From: an uncultured Sphingobacteriales bacterium
GTDB lineage: Bacteria; Bacteroidota; Bacteroidia; CAILMK01; CAYYUA01
Assembly (NCBI GenBank): GCA_964595485.1
Contig: CAZQQN010000007.1
Location: 23,182 to 87,181 of the forward strand
Direction: 5' to 3'
Length of the DNA: 64,000 nucleotides
The position numbers and the translations under genes are program-made. The notes under the pieces were generated by a model, which was given only the letters and a program-made list of their open reading frames with translations, searched no databases and was not told the DNA's origin. Positions 59,212 to 64,000 of this stretch are shown here, piece after piece (position 1 is the stretch's first letter; every line of letters begins with the position of its first letter).

Positions 59212-59931
59212 TTATTTGGAAGCGATACCGATTGTAGCTACACTTACTGTGACATTCCTGACGGTTCTCAATGTCCATGCTGCCGCTTCAAGTGTAGCAC
59301 CGGTTGTAAGCACATCATCAAATAAGAGAATGTGGGTGTTTTCAAATGCTTTTGGGTTTTTTATCGTAAATATTTCATTCACATTTTCCCAACGGTTGAA
59401 ACGGCCCTTTAGTGTTTGTGAAGTGGTGTCTTGTGTTCTGATCAGATTCTCGTTATTCAGTGTTATCCCTGTCTGATGACTAATGCCTTTACCAAAACAA
59501 ACACTTTGATTATAGCCTCTTTTTTTTATTCTTCTTTCGCTCAGGGGTATAGGAACAACAAGATCAATATCATTAAGAAAATTCCCGGTTTTTAAGTTTT
59601 CGGCAAAAAGCTTACCCACATAATAGCCCAATTCCCATTGGTTCCTGTATTTTACGTTATGAATGATTTGCTGTACTCGACCGGCTTTTGTAAAGTAGAG
59701 GAACGCTGTCGCTTTATTAATTGGAAATCTACCCCAAAAGGTCCTTTCGACTGGATTAGAAGATAAGCGGTGAAAATTTGTGTACGGAAGTTTATGGTGG
59801 CAATAAAAGCATAAATATTTTTCATGAATTTGGAGGACATTGTTGCAACCATTGCAAATACGCGGATAAAATATATCCAAAAAGCTGTTTAGCACTAGTT
59901 TACCAGTTTCTTTGAATTGACCGCTATCCAA
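59212..59931 (-). CDS. comF: ComF family protein (zinc ribbon plus PRTase)
   Basis: FYPRIC.GC...LC..C, VPIPL, RGYNQS and LLFDDVLTTGATL motifs. Confidence 0.92.
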   Translation of the reverse strand: MDSGQFKETGKLVLNSFLDIFYPRICNGCNNVLQIHEKYLCFYCHHKLPYTNFHRLSSNPVERTFWGRFPINKATAFLYFTKAGRVQQIIHNVKYRNQWELGYYVGKLFAENLKTGNFLNDIDLVVPIPLSERRIKKRGYNQSVCFGKGISHQTGITLNNENLIRTQDTTSQTLKGRFNRWENVNEIFTIKNPKAFENTHILLFDDVLTTGATLEAAAWTLRTVRNVTVSVATIGIASK

Positions 59932-60329
59932 ATCTTATATTTTATTTGCAATCAAATTTAAAAAGAAGATGAATAAAATTATAATTAAAAATGAGATAAG
60001 TCTCGTGAGAAATTTTTAAGTTTGAATCATGGAATAGAAATGGAAATTCACTTTAGTTTCCAAAAGGTTTAATTTCTGATGTTACTATAAATAAGCTTTT
60101 TTATCACATTTTAGCTTATTATAGTATTGGCATACAGATGCTTAAGGTAAAAAATTTAAAATTTACCTTTCAGTAGTAGTGTTACTCAGTACTGTATTTT
60201 TATACAGAAAAAGGAAAGAAGCTTTTCAAATTTGATTATCAAGTTGGGTTTTTTCTTTTAAGAGCGTAAAGTTTTTGAAAAGAGAGAACCTCAATAACAA
60301 GACTCATAGGAATAAAATTGGGAATAGTT

Positions 60330-63300
60330 ATGATTGGCTATCTTTTCAGGTGCTTCAATGCGCCTTGCATAGGAATTTTATTATTGCTAACATTGGCAAG
60401 TCCTAATGCTTTTGGACAAGGAGGTCCCGGTGGTGGATCCTGCAATCCTATAACGGTAGATCTCAGTGGTAATCCGGATAGCTCCTGGACAAGCAGTTCT
60501 ATTACGAGGAATGGCAATTGTTGTTCTAATACCAATTGCGTTCAGTTTGATGTGACCTTGGACAAAGACGCGGCAGGTGTTAAACTGGAAATTTCTTCTG
60601 GTGCTGTTCCTGGAGGTGCGCTTACTTACCAGGTTAATTGTGGATTAGCAACCAATAATTTTGGGGATACGGTTTGTTTAAGTGGGACAGGGCCGCATAA
60701 TTTAACTTTTTGTAAGCCGGGAAACAATCCGAACACTTATACCATTAACTCTATTAAAACACCAGAAATAGAGGGAGATTCACTTGTTAAAAAAGGCTGC
60801 ACCGGTACCTTAACAGTTAATAACCTGGTAGATAGCACAATTTTTTGGTCCTCTGTTCCCCATGATTCTACAAATAACTCATACTTGAATTGCACCAATG
60901 GTTGTGATACAGTTTCTGTAAATCCTTCTTCAGGTTTTCCGGATAGCGTTCAATACAAGGTATGTGGGGAACCCACATTTGATTGTGCAAAAGATACCGT
61001 TTGTGATACGCTTACAGTACATTTTGATTCAGATGTTAGTGTTGAAATCGACAATATATCTGATTCTTTACCATGTCAGGGTCCGAGTGATTCTGTACAA
61101 TTAAAAGCCAATGCAAGTGGCGGATTTCCTCCTTATAATTATGATTGGAATACTGAATCCACAGACTCATTAATTAAAGGGGATACCGGGACTTATTGGG
61201 TTAAGGTGACTGATCAAAGTGCCTGCCCGCCTGTATACGATACATTTACCCTCGCCTTAGCTGAAGACCCATCTCCTAAGGCAGGAAAGGATAGTTTTGT
61301 TTGCCCGGATAGCAATCTCCTATTAGGAGGTTCCCCTGTCATTTCAAAGGATACAAGTAACTATGATTTTCAATGGACACCTGGCAATGGTTTGAATAAA
61401 AATTCTATAGCCCACCCAATTGCTAATCCGGATACCAGTACACGTTACGTATTAACATCTACCGATACAAATGGATGCCAATTTTATGATACAACATTCA
61501 TTAAAATTGACACTTGTTGTGATAATTATACCACTTCTTTTCAGGAAGATACCACCCTTAATTATAGTTATAATGGTGATGCATCCAAAATTTCCAACTT
61601 ATGTTACCAAATGACCCCCGATTCAAACAACCAAAACGGAAGTTTTTGGCAAAAGCAAACAATCAACCTCAATAAACCATTTGACTTTAAATTCAGGCTA
61701 AATGTAGGTTGCCGGGATGCGAACGGAGCAGATGGTGTAGCTTTTATGCTTCAGAATGATCCTGATTCTACCAAAGCACAGGGATCAAGTTCTAAAGGAA
61801 TTCATTTAGGAAGTGATGGCATAGAGCCCTCCCTTTCTATCGAAATGGATACCTGGCAAAATACAGATAATGATACTGCTACAGGAAACGCAATTGATCC
61901 CAAAGAAGATCATATAAGTATTACCCAGAATGGTTACATTTATCATAACCTTGTTGATCCTGTTCAGGCCGATTCAAATAACGCAAATGTTGAAGATTGT
62001 CAATGTCACAATTTCCGGATAAAGTGGGATCCATGTACAGATTCTATAAAAGTTTACTTTGACGGTCAACTAAGGGTTACTTATCAAAGAGATTTGATCA
62101 ATGACTTATTTAATGGCAATCCCAAGGTTTATTACGGCTGGACCGGCTCGACAGGTGGCTCCAAAAACAAACAATATGTTTGTAAAAATTTATCCGTTAG
62201 TACAAGTGCTGACCGGCAGATATGTAAAGGGGATACAGTTCATTTATCAGCCAGTGGCGGTACAAGTTACAGCTGGAGTCCTGGAGGTAGCCTGAATGAT
62301 TCGACCATTGCCAACCCTATTGCCAGTCCCGATACCACGACCAATTATGTGGTTTCTACCTCTAATGGTTTATGTTCTTACCTTGATACAGTTGAAGTGA
62401 CTGTTGATCCGGTTCCTAATCTTTCTCCCGATACAACCTCTATTTGCAGGGGCGATAGTGCTAAATTAACGGTAACTCATGGAAATGACTTTTCATGGGC
62501 TCCCACTTCCGATTTAAGTGATTCAACCATTGCTAAACCCTTAGCTTATCCGGACTCCAATACAAATTATACGGTTTTTGCCAAAGATACTGTTACGGGA
62601 TGCCAAGCTTATGATACAAGCAGGGTTTTGGTTGATTCACTTCCAAAAGCTGGTTTTACAAATGACCCCTTCTGTCTTAATGATTCTACATTTTTTTACG
62701 ATAGTTCTTCCATAAAAGGTGACTCAATTGGTACCTATTCATGGGAATTCGGAGATGGAGATAGTTCAGCTAAGAAAGACCCAACCCATTATTACAGTTC
62801 AAAAGGAACTTTTGAAGTCAGTCTTAAAGTCACATCCGTAAATGGTTGTGTGGATTCTGTTACGGATTCTGTAAAAACAACCTCTTCTCCGAATACCGTA
62901 TTAAATGGGCCGGATACAATTTGCGATTACGACAGCAATGTTTATTCACTACCTAATTATGATTCGGCCAATTCTTTTGCGGCAACTGCAAAAGGTGGTT
63001 CAGTAGAAGATGGGGTTGGTACGGATTCCATTACCGTAAAATGGAATCAAACTGGATGGGATACACTTTCCATTACAGAAACCAAGCCCTCTGGTTGTGA
63101 CACAGTGGTTAAAAAAGCGGTATGGGTAAAGGCAACTCCGGATCCCGTATTGAATGGTCCTGTTAATGTTTGTGAGTTTTCGAAAAAATACAAATACTAC
63201 GTAAACGGCCAATCAAATAGTAATTTTACCTGGAAGGTGAATGGCGGTTCAATAATTGATTCATCGAGTAAGAAGGATACCGTTTATTTAGAATGGCATA

Positions 63301-64000
63301 AGGGAGACACCGTTACCCTTTCTGTGACTGAAAAAGCACAAAACGGTTGCGATACTACAGTTAGCCAGGAAATCTACATAGAAAGCTTACCTAAAGCAAC
63401 AATAAACGGACCTGATACTGTTTGTGCTTATGACTCCGGTAATTTTTACAGTGTTCCTTATGATCCCAATTATACTTATGATTGGCGGGTAAAAGGTGGT
63501 GAAATCCTCAGTGGTAATTCCAATGATACTGCCAATATACGTTGGTTATCTTCTGGTTCCGGGATTCTTTCTGTTAAGATTAAAGATACAGCAACAGGCT
63601 GTAGTAATGTTATTTACTATTCAACATATTCCAAGTTTGACTTTAATTATGATAACCTTGCTCATGCTACCGTTGGTAATGATGCCAAAAGTTATGACTC
63701 TGCTTATTTTTCAGATGGTAAAGGTCCTATCGTAGACAATAATTGTACAGGTGGTAAAGGTATTGATCTCACCATCAAGGGTTCTCAGTTCGATAAAGAT
63801 GAGATTTGCATGACTTACCGGTTTCAACGGGATGAAAGTACTGGCAAGTTCTTTAACCGGGGTTACACTGAAATTTATATGAGTGGGGGGACTATTTACA
63901 TTCAATACCGCATCGACAATGGTTCTGGCGGTTATAAGGACTTAGGAACTTTTAACACAGGTTATTCTCCACCGTTTGACACTACTTTTCGCAATTTTAA
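60330..64000 (+). CDS. Very large secreted/surface protein with L-type lectin, PKD and Ig-like repeats; 3'-truncated by window edge; absent from the ORF track
   Basis: Hand translation from ATG 60330 (MIGYLFRCFNAPCIGILLLLTLASPNAFGQ...) has no stop to 64000; lectin motifs GADGVAF, SIEMDTW and GWTGSTGG at ~61.6-62.2 kb; PKD WEFGDG at ~62.74 kb; repeated IC.GD....ASGG..YSW.P units. Confidence 0.9.
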   Translation, partial: MIGYLFRCFNAPCIGILLLLTLASPNAFGQGGPGGGSCNPITVDLSGNPDSSWTSSSITRNGNCCSNTNCVQFDVTLDKDAAGVKLEISSGAVPGGALTYQVNCGLATNNFGDTVCLSGTGPHNLTFCKPGNNPNTYTINSIKTPEIEGDSLVKKGCTGTLTVNNLVDSTIFWSSVPHDSTNNSYLNCTNGCDTVSVNPSSGFPDSVQYKVCGEPTFDCAKDTVCDTLTVHFDSDVSVEIDNISDSLPCQGPSDSVQLKANASGGFPPYNYDWNTESTDSLIKGDTGTYWVKVTDQSACPPVYDTFTLALAEDPSPKAGKDSFVCPDSNLLLGGSPVISKDTSNYDFQWTPGNGLNKNSIAHPIANPDTSTRYVLTSTDTNGCQFYDTTFIKIDTCCDNYTTSFQEDTTLNYSYNGDASKISNLCYQMTPDSNNQNGSFWQKQTINLNKPFDFKFRLNVGCRDANGADGVAFMLQNDPDSTKAQGSSSKGIHLGSDGIEPSLSIEMDTWQNTDNDTATGNAIDPKEDHISITQNGYIYHNLVDPVQADSNNANVEDCQCHNFRIKWDPCTDSIKVYFDGQLRVTYQRDLINDLFNGNPKVYYGWTGSTGGSKNKQYVCKNLSVSTSADRQICKGDTVHLSASGGTSYSWSPGGSLNDSTIANPIASPDTTTNYVVSTSNGLCSYLDTVEVTVDPVPNLSPDTTSICRGDSAKLTVTHGNDFSWAPTSDLSDSTIAKPLAYPDSNTNYTVFAKDTVTGCQAYDTSRVLVDSLPKAGFTNDPFCLNDSTFFYDSSSIKGDSIGTYSWEFGDGDSSAKKDPTHYYSSKGTFEVSLKVTSVNGCVDSVTDSVKTTSSPNTVLNGPDTICDYDSNVYSLPNYDSANSFAATAKGGSVEDGVGTDSITVKWNQTGWDTLSITETKPSGCDTVVKKAVWVKATPDPVLNGPVNVCEFSKKYKYYVNGQSNSNFTWKVNGGSIIDSSSKKDTVYLEWHKGDTVTLSVTEKAQNGCDTTVSQEIYIESLPKATINGPDTVCAYDSGNFYSVPYDPNYTYDWRVKGGEILSGNSNDTANIRWLSSGSGILSVKIKDTATGCSNVIYYSTYSKFDFNYDNLAHATVGNDAKSYDSAYFSDGKGPIVDNNCTGGKGIDLTIKGSQFDKDEICMTYRFQRDESTGKFFNRGYTEIYMSGGTIYIQYRIDNGSGGYKDLGTFNTGYSPPFDTTFRNF

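Noticed and set aside
60128-60141. TGGCA...TGC as a sigma54 promoter for the giant protein
   Set aside because: GG-to-GC spacing is 9 nt rather than the required 10.
2484-63905. Numerous 60-150 aa ORFs nested in or antisense to long genes (e.g. 5636-6097, 10503-10943, 15032-15484, 22078-22494, 62101-62295, 63496-63735)
   Set aside because: Shadow ORFs of well-supported genes, including the giant ORF at 60330-64000.

Overview
AT-rich chromosomal window from a Bacteroidota bacterium, judged from TAnnTTTG-type promoters, T9SS C-terminal domains and Gld-like and ExbBD genes. Most of it is core housekeeping: htpG, ybdL/yafV, gatB, alaS, xerD, lysA, serC-serA-DUF1015, addA, exbBDD, tatD, a gldAFG-like ABC system, moxR with a SurA-like PPIase cluster, comF, tRNA-Ser(GGA) and tRNA-His(GTG). 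I found no mobile element, prophage or CRISPR array. Notable parts: (1) a cobalamin-riboswitch operon at 20.0-27.6 kb. Besides BtuB and a BtuG-like lipoprotein it encodes a T9SS-secreted BtuG paralogue on a recently duplicated Ig/cadherin-like stalk, plus a non-catalytic FGE/C-type-lectin-fold protein coupled to a minimal T9SS-CTD protein. (2) An ECF sigma factor and its anti-sigma/beta-barrel partner, flanked by two copies of ATGCAAC-N15-TGCATC; the second copy precedes an ORF-free, structured, terminator-ended ~190-nt candidate sRNA. (3) A 6S-like structured RNA at 50.75-50.88 kb. (4) A >1200-aa lectin/PKD surface protein absent from the ORF track (60330 to window end), dense in D-S/T O-glycosylation sequons. 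All calls come from reading motifs by eye; no database searches were run.
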